64,000 bases of DNA from a virus, in the IMG/VR virus record IMGVR_UViG_3300043449_002675, positions 27,969 to 91,968 of that record; one strand, 5' to 3'. This document shows, piece after piece, positions 48,563 to 56,519 of this stretch. How positions within the stretch are numbered: the first letter of the stretch is position 1; every line of letters begins with the position of its first letter. The notes under the pieces are model-generated. The model saw nothing but the letters and a program-made list of their open reading frames with translations. It searched no databases and was not told the origin of the DNA. A program made the translations under genes and the position numbers.

Positions 48563-50002
48563 ATGAACGCTAATGCACGTTTTTTGAATGAAGCAAGAGA
48601 ATTAGAGACTCGTTGGAGCAAAACCGGTATTCTAAAGGGCATCGAAGACCCTTATGTCCGCTCTGCTACAGCAGTTCTACTAGAGAACCAGAGACTCATC
48701 AATGAAACAGCAACCGACACATCCGACGTTGCTCAGTTCAAGAGAATCTCTATTCCTCTTGTCCGTCGTATTTATCCCCAGCTAATCGCTAACAAGATTG
48801 TTAGTGTGCAGCCTCTACTTGGCCCAACCGGCTTGGTATACTACCTCCGCTTCCGTTATAGCTCCAACAAGGGCTATATGCAGGGCGCTTCCAACGACAG
48901 CGGCTTCCCCGCTGACGATGTGAACTCCCTCCAGCAGAGGGCTAGTGGTGATGCCAATCTTGACATCTACTACTCCAGCCAGTTCGTCCAGAACGAGAAG
49001 ACCCCTGACACAATCGCTGTGCCAAACGCTACAGTGAACATGGGCAACTTCCAGCACACACCAGTCCTAGCTGGCACAATCACCGGAACCGTTTATCTAA
49101 ACGGCACCGTGACCCAGACCTTCACAGTAGCTAGCTCTGGAACCTTCACATTCAATACCGTTTCCGGTACTGACCTAGCTACAGCTGGCAGCCTTGACCT
49201 AAACACAGGCGGCTTCAGCCTAACTTGGAACGGCACTGCAGCTGGCCCTGTTTATTGCGTAGTCTCCTACGAGTACAACATGGAGTGCAATCAGGACCTC
49301 CCTGAAATCAACCTAGTCGTTGAGTCAGAAGAGATCGCTGCCAAGACCCGCAAATTGAAGGCTGTTTGGTCCTATGAGGCTCAGCAGGACCTCCGCTCTC
49401 AGCACAATCTAGACGCTGAGGCTGAGTTGACCGCTGTTCTCGCTCAGGAAATCAACCTCGAAATCGACCGTGAGTGCGTTCAGGACCTTCGCCAGAACGC
49501 CGGTACTGTCGCTGCTTGGGACCTCGCTACCGCCCTTGGTGATACCATCAAAGAAAAGTATGAGTCTCTCTATGTGAAGATCGTTGAAGTTTCCAACGTT
49601 ATCCACAGGAAGACCCTACGTGGCGGCGCTAACTTCATCGTGACCTCACCTGAAGTTTCCTCAATCTTCGAGACAGCCACCGCAGGTTTCGCACCAGCTC
49701 CTTCTGAGACATTTACTAGCTCACTTGGTATTCAGTACGTCGGTACTGTTGCTAACCGCTATCGTCTCTACAAGGATCCACTATTCCCCACCAACCAATT
49801 GTTGATGGGTTATAAGGGCGACTCCTACATGGATTCGGGCTATTTCTATTGCCCCTATGTACCACTAACACAAACACCAGTTGTGCTAGATCCAGAAAGC
49901 TTCTGCCCACGAAAAGGTATACTTACTAGATATGGCAAGAAATTGCTACGTGAAGGTGCAAAGTTCTATGCCCGTCTATCAATTGCTAACTTTGTTGTCT
50001 AG
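48563..50002 (+). CDS. Major capsid protein (T4 gp23-like)
   Basis: LLENQ; IPLVRR; VSVQP..GPTGLVYYLR; AKTRKLKAVWS.EAQQDL; EINLEIDRE; YCPYVPL; GILTRYG. Confidence 0.97.
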   Translation: MNANARFLNEARELETRWSKTGILKGIEDPYVRSATAVLLENQRLINETATDTSDVAQFKRISIPLVRRIYPQLIANKIVSVQPLLGPTGLVYYLRFRYSSNKGYMQGASNDSGFPADDVNSLQQRASGDANLDIYYSSQFVQNEKTPDTIAVPNATVNMGNFQHTPVLAGTITGTVYLNGTVTQTFTVASSGTFTFNTVSGTDLATAGSLDLNTGGFSLTWNGTAAGPVYCVVSYEYNMECNQDLPEINLVVESEEIAAKTRKLKAVWSYEAQQDLRSQHNLDAEAELTAVLAQEINLEIDRECVQDLRQNAGTVAAWDLATALGDTIKEKYESLYVKIVEVSNVIHRKTLRGGANFIVTSPEVSSIFETATAGFAPAPSETFTSSLGIQYVGTVANRYRLYKDPLFPTNQLLMGYKGDSYMDSGYFYCPYVPLTQTPVVLDPESFCPRKGILTRYGKKLLREGAKFYARLSIANFVV

Positions 50003-50030
50003 GGATATCTCTAGATATCAAATTGATATC

Positions 50031-50068
50031 AAAAGAACCCCGGCTGCAAAGTCGGGGTTCTTTTTTTC
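50031..50068 (+). terminator. Rho-independent terminator after MCP
   Basis: GAACCCCGGCT-GCAA-AGTCGGGGTTC stem with GNRA loop followed by a T run. Confidence 0.9.
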
Positions 50069-50125
50069 TTGCCTTTTAAAATTCTTTGTGATATAATCGA
50101 CTTGTCCACACAAGGTAGTCATATC

Positions 50126-51064
50126 ATGAATGAAAATAAACCGCACAACCCTTGGAAAAAAAGTGATCAAGCTAAAAAGAACATGTCTGAAGCTGCAAAA
50201 AGGAAATGGGCATCTGAACTTGGGCGAAAACTAAAACAGAGATTAAGCGAATTAACTGCGCAAAAAATTGTATCAGGAAAACAGAAGAAAACTAATCGTG
50301 GATATTTTTATAGCACGAAAATGGGTGATTATATACCTTGGTATTCAACATACGAGTTAAAAGCACTTACCATTTTAGAATCAGACCATAAAGTTTTGAA
50401 TTACAAAACTGCACATTATTATCATGTTAATGGGCGCAGTCGTGTCGCAGATATACTAGTTAATAATAATAAAATAATTGAAGTCAAGCCACAAGATATT
50501 TTAGATCGTAATTATCCAAAAGTCATAGAACAAATAGAAGATGCAAAAGCATATTGTGATATTCAAAAATATGAATATGAAATATGGACAGAAAAAGAAT
50601 TGGGATTTAGTAGTTACCATGATGCTAGAATGTGGTCGGACGAATTCAGAAAAACACTTGAAGGTATTGATTATCCAGCAGTAAGAAAAAAGAAAGGCCG
50701 TGACAGAGCAAACAAACATTATTGGCTAAAGATAGCTGGGGTTACAGTAACCAATTTTTGCAAACATTGTGAGTGCAGTCATACACAACTTAAAGTAACA
50801 TTTATGAAAAACATAAAAAAAAATAATGGCGAGTACATTTGTTGGAAGGAAAATGGCAGACGTATAGGAAAGTTGCCAAAAGATCATCTAAAAAGGATAA
50901 ATCCATATGCACATGAAAACAAACAGGAGTGCATAAATTGCAAGAATGTGCTTGACTATTCAAACTTTTCTGTTAAAAATAAAAAAACTGGAAATTTGAT
51001 GAATGTGTGCAAAGGTTGTCGGTCCAAAAAAGCTTTGGAGAAATATCATGCAACCAAGAAGTAA
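50126..51064 (+). CDS. Putative free-standing homing endonuclease (NUMOD3-like + TnsA-like PD-(D/E)xK + Zn fingers)
   Basis: KKNMSEAAKRKW; STYELKAL; ADILV...IIEVKP; CxxC pairs. Confidence 0.65.
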   Translation: MNENKPHNPWKKSDQAKKNMSEAAKRKWASELGRKLKQRLSELTAQKIVSGKQKKTNRGYFYSTKMGDYIPWYSTYELKALTILESDHKVLNYKTAHYYHVNGRSRVADILVNNNKIIEVKPQDILDRNYPKVIEQIEDAKAYCDIQKYEYEIWTEKELGFSSYHDARMWSDEFRKTLEGIDYPAVRKKKGRDRANKHYWLKIAGVTVTNFCKHCECSHTQLKVTFMKNIKKNNGEYICWKENGRRIGKLPKDHLKRINPYAHENKQECINCKNVLDYSNFSVKNKKTGNLMNVCKGCRSKKALEKYHATKK

Positions 51065-51224
51065 TTTCGGTCACAAATTCTCTATAAGGTTGTGGAAAGA
51101 TAAAATATTTGATAGCAACATACACAAACATAACTCTTTCGATCATTATTATACCAGATCATGTTTATTTGGATTAGAGAGCGTCAATTGTTATTGTTTT
51201 TTTGGCCTTGGTTATTTTAATTGA
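51048..51224 (+). CDS. Small hypothetical protein
   Basis: GGAG SD before ATG 51048; shares W..KIFDS...H..FD with the next ORF. Confidence 0.4.
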   Translation: MQPRSNFGHKFSIRLWKDKIFDSNIHKHNSFDHYYTRSCLFGLESVNCYCFFGLGYFN

Positions 51225-51236
51225 GGCAAGAAGTCC

Positions 51237-51425
51237 ATGATTTTGCGAACGAAGTTTTCTTGGGAATCTAAAATATTCGATTCCGGCGCAGACAATTATC
51301 ACATTTTTGATGGTGTTTTTGATATGAGTGATTGTTTCTCAGGCAGAGCAGCACATGCATTTCCATTTAATTTTACCAAATTGAATCCATATAATTGGGT
51401 CAAGGAAATTGAAATTTTTAAATAA
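51237..51425 (+). CDS. Small hypothetical protein
   Basis: GAGG SD; WESKIFDS motif shared with the previous ORF. Confidence 0.4.
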   Translation: MILRTKFSWESKIFDSGADNYHIFDGVFDMSDCFSGRAAHAFPFNFTKLNPYNWVKEIEIFK

Positions 51426-51488
51426 TTAAACACCACTATAATACTTTATATGCAGTAATTGCATAGTTTATGCGATAAGTGCATATTT

Positions 51489-51560
51489 GCGGGTGTGGCA
51501 TATCGGCTGTGCGTTAGGTTTCCAACCTAATTTAGGTGGGTTCGACTCCCTCCATCCGCT
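51489..51560 (+). tRNA. tRNA-Gly (anticodon TCC), no encoded CCA
   Basis: Acceptor GCGGGTG/CATCCGC; anticodon stem TTAGG/CCTAA with loop TT-TCC-AA; T loop TTCGACT; U73 discriminator; one T-stem mismatch. Confidence 0.88.
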
Positions 51561-51960
51561 TTTCTCTTAACTCATGATGTAATTTTCTGTGGCAATTGCT
51601 ACAGATAGGAATGCATTTTTTAAGTTCAATCAATCCTTTATTAATTGCACCTTCATTGAAAAAAGCTGATACGTCTTTTTCTTTATTATCTTCTGGGTGA
51701 TGAAAGTCTATGCAAGCTGGGTGTGATTCGCCGCAAGCGCATTTGAATTGTTTTTTATATTCTTGCCACCAATCTCTAATTTGTTTTTTCTTTTCGCTAG
51801 CGGCCAAAATATATTTTTCAGAATATTTTTTGTAATGGTTATTAGTATCAACTCTGTGACAAGTTTTGCATTTCGAATGTCTTGTATTTTTTGCTTTGCA
51901 TTTGAAACTGAAATCCTCTAAGGGTTTTTCAGTTTGGCAGGAGTTGCAAAACTTACGCAT
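51532..51960 (-). CDS. HNH endonuclease with N-terminal Zn finger
   Basis: CNSC...CKTC; CACGESHPACIDFHH...CIPICSNCHRKLH. Confidence 0.85.
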   Translation of the reverse strand: MRKFCNSCQTEKPLEDFSFKCKAKNTRHSKCKTCHRVDTNNHYKKYSEKYILAASEKKKQIRDWWQEYKKQFKCACGESHPACIDFHHPEDNKEKDVSAFFNEGAINKGLIELKKCIPICSNCHRKLHHELREKRMEGVEPT

Positions 51961-52023
51961 AAAAAATTGTAAGTAAAAATAAATTAGCGGGCAAAATTTG
52001 CTATAATTATTTTGAGGTGTAAA

Positions 52024-52485
52024 ATGGCTACATTGAATGACTTATTGACTGCACTAAAAAGGGCAAAACCGGAAAGTTTGGTTGGCATTTACACACCAAG
52101 TGGTGTGAGTGTGCCATGTCACTTTCACATAACCGAAATAGGGCAAGCCATAAAAAACTTTGTCGATTGCGGCGGAGTAAAGAGACAAACAACTAATACC
52201 ACATTTCAGGTGTGGGTTGCTGATGACTATGACCACAAACTCACAGTTGAAAAGTTAACTAAGATCATAAATGCTGGGTATGATTTAATTAACCCTGAAG
52301 ATGAAATAGTCGTTGAGTTTGATAATAAATATACTATTGGTCTTTATGGTGTGGAATCTACACAAATACTGGATGAATTTGTGAACATATATTTGAGTAA
52401 GATACAGGCTAATTGTTTAGCGCCTGACAAGTGTGGAATAAAACCAAAAACTGTCACATGTTGTGGCAGTAAGGGGTGCTGCTAA
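52024..52485 (+). CDS. DUF6428-like Cys/His metal-binding protein
   Basis: HFHITEIG...FVDCGG...WVADDYDHKL...CLAPDKCG...CC...CC. Confidence 0.7.
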   Translation: MATLNDLLTALKRAKPESLVGIYTPSGVSVPCHFHITEIGQAIKNFVDCGGVKRQTTNTTFQVWVADDYDHKLTVEKLTKIINAGYDLINPEDEIVVEFDNKYTIGLYGVESTQILDEFVNIYLSKIQANCLAPDKCGIKPKTVTCCGSKGCC

Positions 52486-52497
52486 CTATATTAAGTT

Positions 52498-52594
52498 GGC
52501 TGGTAGGTATATGGTGGTCGTTTTAGCTCTTTCCTGACTCGGATGCCTTTTAGCGAAGTGGCGAAGATTAAGAGCGTCAGCGCTTTGCACAGCC
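52498..52594 (+). ncRNA. Candidate ~97-nt structured RNA
   Basis: GC-richer island; GGCTG/CAGCC closing stem followed by TTT; GCTCTT/AAGAGC inner stem enclosing two hairpins. Confidence 0.45.
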
Positions 52595-52595
52595 T

Positions 52596-53432
52596 TTAAT
52601 CAATTTCATGTAAAAGCTTATTAGTATTTTCAATGCCTCTCATAAACATAAAGAAGTAGAATATGTTGTAAGTTACTCCGTACAACTTATCCACATACAG
52701 TAAGGTGGATGTAATTGCTCCTACCGTTGGATTAGTATAAACCAAGACAAGCATGATGCATACGTGCATCAGTATGGATAAAGAGTCGTTAAAAAAGAAA
52801 TTTGCAGCGTCTAAATTAGATTTCTTTATGTAATCTGAACCTAGGTTAATTAAGTGTGGTTTGTATTCGAGATTTTCCATCAAAGAATGGTTTATATTTT
52901 CTTTATTGTTTTGTATGTCTAAATCTACTTTTTGTGTTTTAAAGCTGTACACTTTGTTGACAATAATCATAAAGAAAAACAAAACTGTTGCGATCAAGCC
53001 AATTTTATGATCGGTTATGTAGAGCATGGTTAGAGCAGTTCCTGCTCCGATAAAGGAGTTAATTATTTGTGGCAAGCTATATTCGAAAAAGTCTGAATAG
53101 TATCCTACCAGTTGATACCTAGCTGCTATTTTAGCAGGTATCATATTTTTATTTCTTAATATTTGTACTGCTTTTATTGCCTTATCACAAAATATTTTCA
53201 TGAATACAATGGTATCAATTCTTTTAAGGCCATAGCCCAAGATTAATGCAGTTATTTCCGCTATCAGGAGAAAAACAAGGCCGGAATTGTCTTTTATTAG
53301 CAAGCCATCTATGGCCTTACCCAAAAGGTAAGGCATAATCGAAAACAAACCGTACTGTATGATGAGAAGGGAGTAGATTAAGGAAATCTGTAGTTTATTT
53401 TCCTTCAGAATTTCCTTGATCATTTTGTTCAC
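52596..53432 (-). CDS. ABC-exporter-type six-TM domain protein without NBD
   Basis: PYLLGKAIDGLL; DFFEYSLPQII; multiple TM helices. Confidence 0.7.
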   Translation of the reverse strand: MNKMIKEILKENKLQISLIYSLLIIQYGLFSIMPYLLGKAIDGLLIKDNSGLVFLLIAEITALILGYGLKRIDTIVFMKIFCDKAIKAVQILRNKNMIPAKIAARYQLVGYYSDFFEYSLPQIINSFIGAGTALTMLYITDHKIGLIATVLFFFMIIVNKVYSFKTQKVDLDIQNNKENINHSLMENLEYKPHLINLGSDYIKKSNLDAANFFFNDSLSILMHVCIMLVLVYTNPTVGAITSTLLYVDKLYGVTYNIFYFFMFMRGIENTNKLLHEID

Positions 53433-53577
53433 TCATGAATGGGCACTTTGATTCGATGTAATCTTCATTATCATTAAAGCAATTGGGATTCGGAGCATCA
53501 TTCATAGTGAAGACACTAACGATTCCATAAAGGACAATAGCAAACATAGCTACCATCACAATGATTTGCAACATCAC
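53395..53577 (-). CDS. Small single-TM protein
   Basis: Hydrophobic N-terminus, acidic tail. Confidence 0.5.
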   Translation of the reverse strand: MMLQIIVMVAMFAIVLYGIVSVFTMNDAPNPNCFNDNEDYIESKCPFMSEQNDQGNSEGK

Positions 53578-53717
53578 TTTTTGTCTCCATCGATGTTTTC
53601 GTCGTAATCAACTGGGCTTGGATCTATTGTGGCAAATACTGCTGCCATTAGGGTAACTAGTCCGAAAATAAGGACCATAAATATGCAAAAATTGAGAATT
53701 CCCATAAAGATGTCCAT
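53574..53717 (-). CDS. Small single-TM protein (47 aa, not in the ORF track)
   Basis: MDIFMGILNFCIFMVLIFGLVTLMAAVFATIDPSPVDYDENIDGDKK*; fills the gap between coupled ORFs. Confidence 0.5.
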   Translation of the reverse strand: MDIFMGILNFCIFMVLIFGLVTLMAAVFATIDPSPVDYDENIDGDKK

Positions 53718-54005
53718 TTAGTTCCAGCCGCCTTCTAAAGGTTGTCCTTTTGTAATACCTCTGATAACTTCATGGAGTCTTTCAATTTCGTCCAAGCACT
53801 TAATTATATCCATTTTTGCATGTGCAATAAACGTGGCATTATTCTCTTGATTTTGGTTTTGATTGATTCGTGCAATTGGGTGATAGTGGTACAATTCACC
53901 GCAGTACACGGACCATATTCCGTCCCTTAAATCTGTAACCCAAGGGCCGTTGGTAGCTTTTTTGCACCTTGCTTCAATTTCTTTTATTTCAATTGGTGTT
54001 AGCAT
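53718..54005 (-). CDS. Ead/Ea22-like phage protein
   Basis: ATNGPW...NATFIAHA..DI..CLDEIERL. Confidence 0.65.
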   Translation of the reverse strand: MLTPIEIKEIEARCKKATNGPWVTDLRDGIWSVYCGELYHYHPIARINQNQNQENNATFIAHAKMDIIKCLDEIERLHEVIRGITKGQPLEGGWN

Positions 54006-54364
54006 ATGTTAAACGAGTAACAATTAAATTCTTTTTTTAGCAATCCTAATACTTCGTGAAGTGCCATATTTTTAACTGTACCGTCTCCTAAGTTTTTATG
54101 TTCTTGAGTGGTAACATGATCTGCATAATTTTTGATAATTTGCAAACACTGTTGAATTGTATCTCGCTCTATAGTTTCCTTATTACATTTTTTGATTTTG
54201 TAAGTTATATCTTCATGTTCTCTGAGTAATGCTTGTAAAAGTTTAATTGGTAAAACTATAGAAGGATTCATTACAATATTTTCATGATTATTTAGTCTTT
54301 TGGTTATTTCTTCTGCTGGATTAATCTCATTCATTTTTATTTTCTTCTTCTGAAAAAAGTTCAT
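53999..54364 (-). CDS. Hypothetical protein
   Basis: ORF in minus-strand small-gene cluster. Confidence 0.5.
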   Translation of the reverse strand: MNFFQKKKIKMNEINPAEEITKRLNNHENIVMNPSIVLPIKLLQALLREHEDITYKIKKCNKETIERDTIQQCLQIIKNYADHVTTQEHKNLGDGTVKNMALHEVLGLLKKEFNCYSFNIC

Positions 54365-54608
54365 CGTAATCTAGTATTTCCCACAGTTGTTCATCAGCTT
54401 TTCTGCGGTCTTCGTTGTAATTATCTACGGAAAGAATAGTTTTTCTGTGTTTATTCATTGCTCTTTTTAGGGCTTTTAATTTAGTTTCTATTTTAATCAT
54501 TATTTCCATAGCATCATCGAGGCTATCTTGAAGAATTTCGATATGTTCCATCATTTGTTCAGGATTCATTTTCCTCCGATTCGAAGTGTTTGCAACCTTG
54601 ATGTTCAA
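54327..54608 (-). CDS. Hypothetical coiled-coil protein (likely start at MNPEQ)
   Basis: GGAGG SD before the internal ATG. Confidence 0.5.
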   Translation of the reverse strand: MNIKVANTSNRRKMNPEQMMEHIEILQDSLDDAMEIMIKIETKLKALKRAMNKHRKTILSVDNYNEDRRKADEQLWEILDYDELFSEEENKNE

Positions 54609-54798
54609 ATGTTAATAGAGAAACTCTTGGGCTTTTTTTATTTGAGCAAATTCCCCAATCGTTGTTAATTTGTAATTTTTGGAAATATTTACAACTACAG
54701 CTGCAATCTGGTCCCCAATCATCTTGTCTGTTTCTTTGTCCAAATGGTTCAAAATCTTGATCTAAGCAGATAAGAATTTGATGCAAATGTTCGTGCAT
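54559..54798 (-). CDS. DUF3027-like small Cys/His protein
   Basis: DCSCSCKYF...DWGICSN..SPR..LLTFEHQGC. Confidence 0.55.
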   Translation of the reverse strand: MHEHLHQILICLDQDFEPFGQRNRQDDWGPDCSCSCKYFQKLQINNDWGICSNKKSPRVSLLTFEHQGCKHFESEENES

Positions 54799-54799
54799 T

Positions 54800-54991
54800 T
54801 TAATTTCTCTTGATATATTCTTTTAGCTTTCTATTTTCTGATTTGTAGTTATGAATTTGGACTGTTAGTAAGGTGACTACGAATAGCCAGATTACAAAAA
54901 GACCAGTGGCAAGTTTTTCAACAAGTGTGATGTTCATCATTGTGGTTCCTTCAAATGATGACTCAATGACATGAGAAATGAAGCTAGGCAA
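54800..54991 (-). CDS. Small membrane protein
   Basis: One TM helix; start probably at MMNIT. Confidence 0.4.
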   Translation of the reverse strand: MPSFISHVIESSFEGTTMMNITLVEKLATGLFVIWLFVVTLLTVQIHNYKSENRKLKEYIKRN

Positions 54992-55122
54992 GCAAAGAGT
55001 AAGCCCTGCAGTTTTCCTTCTTCGCTCCTAAGACCGAAGAAGAAGAGAAAGCAGAAGAGGACGCTTAAGAAACTGCAGATAATGCAGCTTGTGTACAGGG
55101 CTTTGCGGATGTTCTCTGGCAT
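54937..55122 (-). CDS. Small two-TM membrane protein
   Basis: Two hydrophobic segments; GAGG upstream. Confidence 0.45.
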   Translation of the reverse strand: MPENIRKALYTSCIICSFLSVLFCFLFFFGLRSEEGKLQGLLFACLASFLMSLSHHLKEPQ

Positions 55123-55331
55123 TTTTTGGCCTCCTCAAGTTGTGCTCTTAAGTAGACTACTTCATCAGCCAGCTTTTTGCAAGCGATTTTGTATCCTCTG
55201 CTGGTTTTGGAGACAGGGACGACCAAATCATCGAACCATATGTTGGCATCTGTGATGATTTCATCTATTGAGTAATTATTTGTTTTGAGTGAATCTAAAT
55301 TAAGTTCTCTCAAGTTTTCAGGTTTTAGCAA
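55065..55331 (-). CDS. Hypothetical protein
   Basis: ORF in cluster. Confidence 0.45.
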   Translation of the reverse strand: MLKPENLRELNLDSLKTNNYSIDEIITDANIWFDDLVVPVSKTSRGYKIACKKLADEVVYLRAQLEEAKKCQRTSAKPCTQAALSAVS

Positions 55332-55332
55332 A

Positions 55333-55581
55333 TTAATCTCTTGGGTATAAGTCTCTTAGAATTTTTTTAAGTTTTCTAGCTTGGTTATGGCTCAAGTTAA
55401 TTTTTTTTGTATTGTGTTTGCGATCTTTATCTCTTTCGATTTGTTCTAATCTTATTCCGGCAAAGGATGCTGGGTTAAATTTTACAATTATTTCGGAGAA
55501 GTCATATTCTGCATAGCCATCTGGCGATTTATATGTTGTTGTATCTTTACCTATAAAATTTTGACTTTGTCCACTTTTCAT
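55333..55581 (-). CDS. Hypothetical protein
   Basis: GAGGTG SD and TATAAT upstream. Confidence 0.55.
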   Translation of the reverse strand: MKSGQSQNFIGKDTTTYKSPDGYAEYDFSEIIVKFNPASFAGIRLEQIERDKDRKHNTKKINLSHNQARKLKKILRDLYPRD

Positions 55582-55611
55582 AAATCACCTCGCAGTTATA
55601 AAATATTATAG

Positions 55612-55971
55612 TTATACAATAGAGAGAGCTGCAAAAGTTTTTTTCTTTTCTCCGTGATACTCTGTGCCTATTTTGTTCTCTATTAAAAATTCGGTTAAAT
55701 CCTTGCCATCTGGAAGCTCTATGCTTGCCCTAGCTCTGCCATATTTTTCCGATCCTTCATCCTTGACAATGACATACTTATTTTCTATCAGATTCCTAAC
55801 GAATTCCTTGGCCATTTTGCCTTTGGTAGTTGTTAGTTCAGGTGTATCGATGCCATCAAGTCTTATCTTGAATTTTTGTGTAACTCCAAAGCCCAGTTCA
55901 ATTAGTGCTTCAAAAGTATCCCCGTCAAGAACTCGTGTAACTAAGCCTTGGTAATGGTTTTCTGACTTCAT
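55612..55971 (-). CDS. Thermonuclease (SNase-like)
   Basis: VTRVLDGDT; IRLDGIDTPE; KYGR. Confidence 0.9.
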   Translation of the reverse strand: MKSENHYQGLVTRVLDGDTFEALIELGFGVTQKFKIRLDGIDTPELTTTKGKMAKEFVRNLIENKYVIVKDEGSEKYGRARASIELPDGKDLTEFLIENKIGTEYHGEKKKTFAALSIV

Positions 55972-56452
55972 AAATGCCTCCAGTTAAATTGTTTACGCTT
56001 AAACTTTCTGTTAAGTCTATTTTATTTTGACTCTGTATTATTAATTCATTTCCCCAGTATTCACTATCATTGCAGCTCCAAGTAACCTTGTTTATGCCAA
56101 CTGAATCAAGGAGTTGCTGGCAATGGGCGCAAGGTTTGGCCATGCGAAATTGACCATGTCTATTGATTCTCAAACTTAAAATTTCTATGTCTTTTGGTTT
56201 GATGGTAACAGGAAGTTTTGTGACTAAATCACTTTCGGCGTGTGGAAAGGGATACTTGAGCCATTTTTTAACATTATGCAAACGTGCAAGCTCATAAATC
56301 TTGTAGCTAAAATAGTCTGGCTGATTTTTGCCAATTGCAATAAGCTGATTTTTCTTAATTGCAAATGCGTAATGAAATCTTTCTCTGCTCTTATCGTGAT
56401 CCCAATCACGATAGAGTATTTTAACACATTGTTTGATAATGTTCTGTTTCAC
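55925..56452 (-). CDS. Zn-dependent cytidine/dCMP deaminase-superfamily protein
   Basis: HAE...AKPCAHC. Confidence 0.8.
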   Translation of the reverse strand: MKQNIIKQCVKILYRDWDHDKSRERFHYAFAIKKNQLIAIGKNQPDYFSYKIYELARLHNVKKWLKYPFPHAESDLVTKLPVTIKPKDIEILSLRINRHGQFRMAKPCAHCQQLLDSVGINKVTWSCNDSEYWGNELIIQSQNKIDLTESLSVNNLTGGIYEVRKPLPRLSYTSS

Positions 56453-56519
56453 ATTTTGACTCGTACTATATTATACGTACAAAATTGTCTATGAAACTAC
56501 TTTATATTACAGAGGTTTT

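Noticed and set aside
52530-52576. Hammerhead ribozyme (CTGA...GA, stem, GAA)
   Set aside because: Core reads CTGACTCGGA rather than CUGANGA, and there is no room for a third stem
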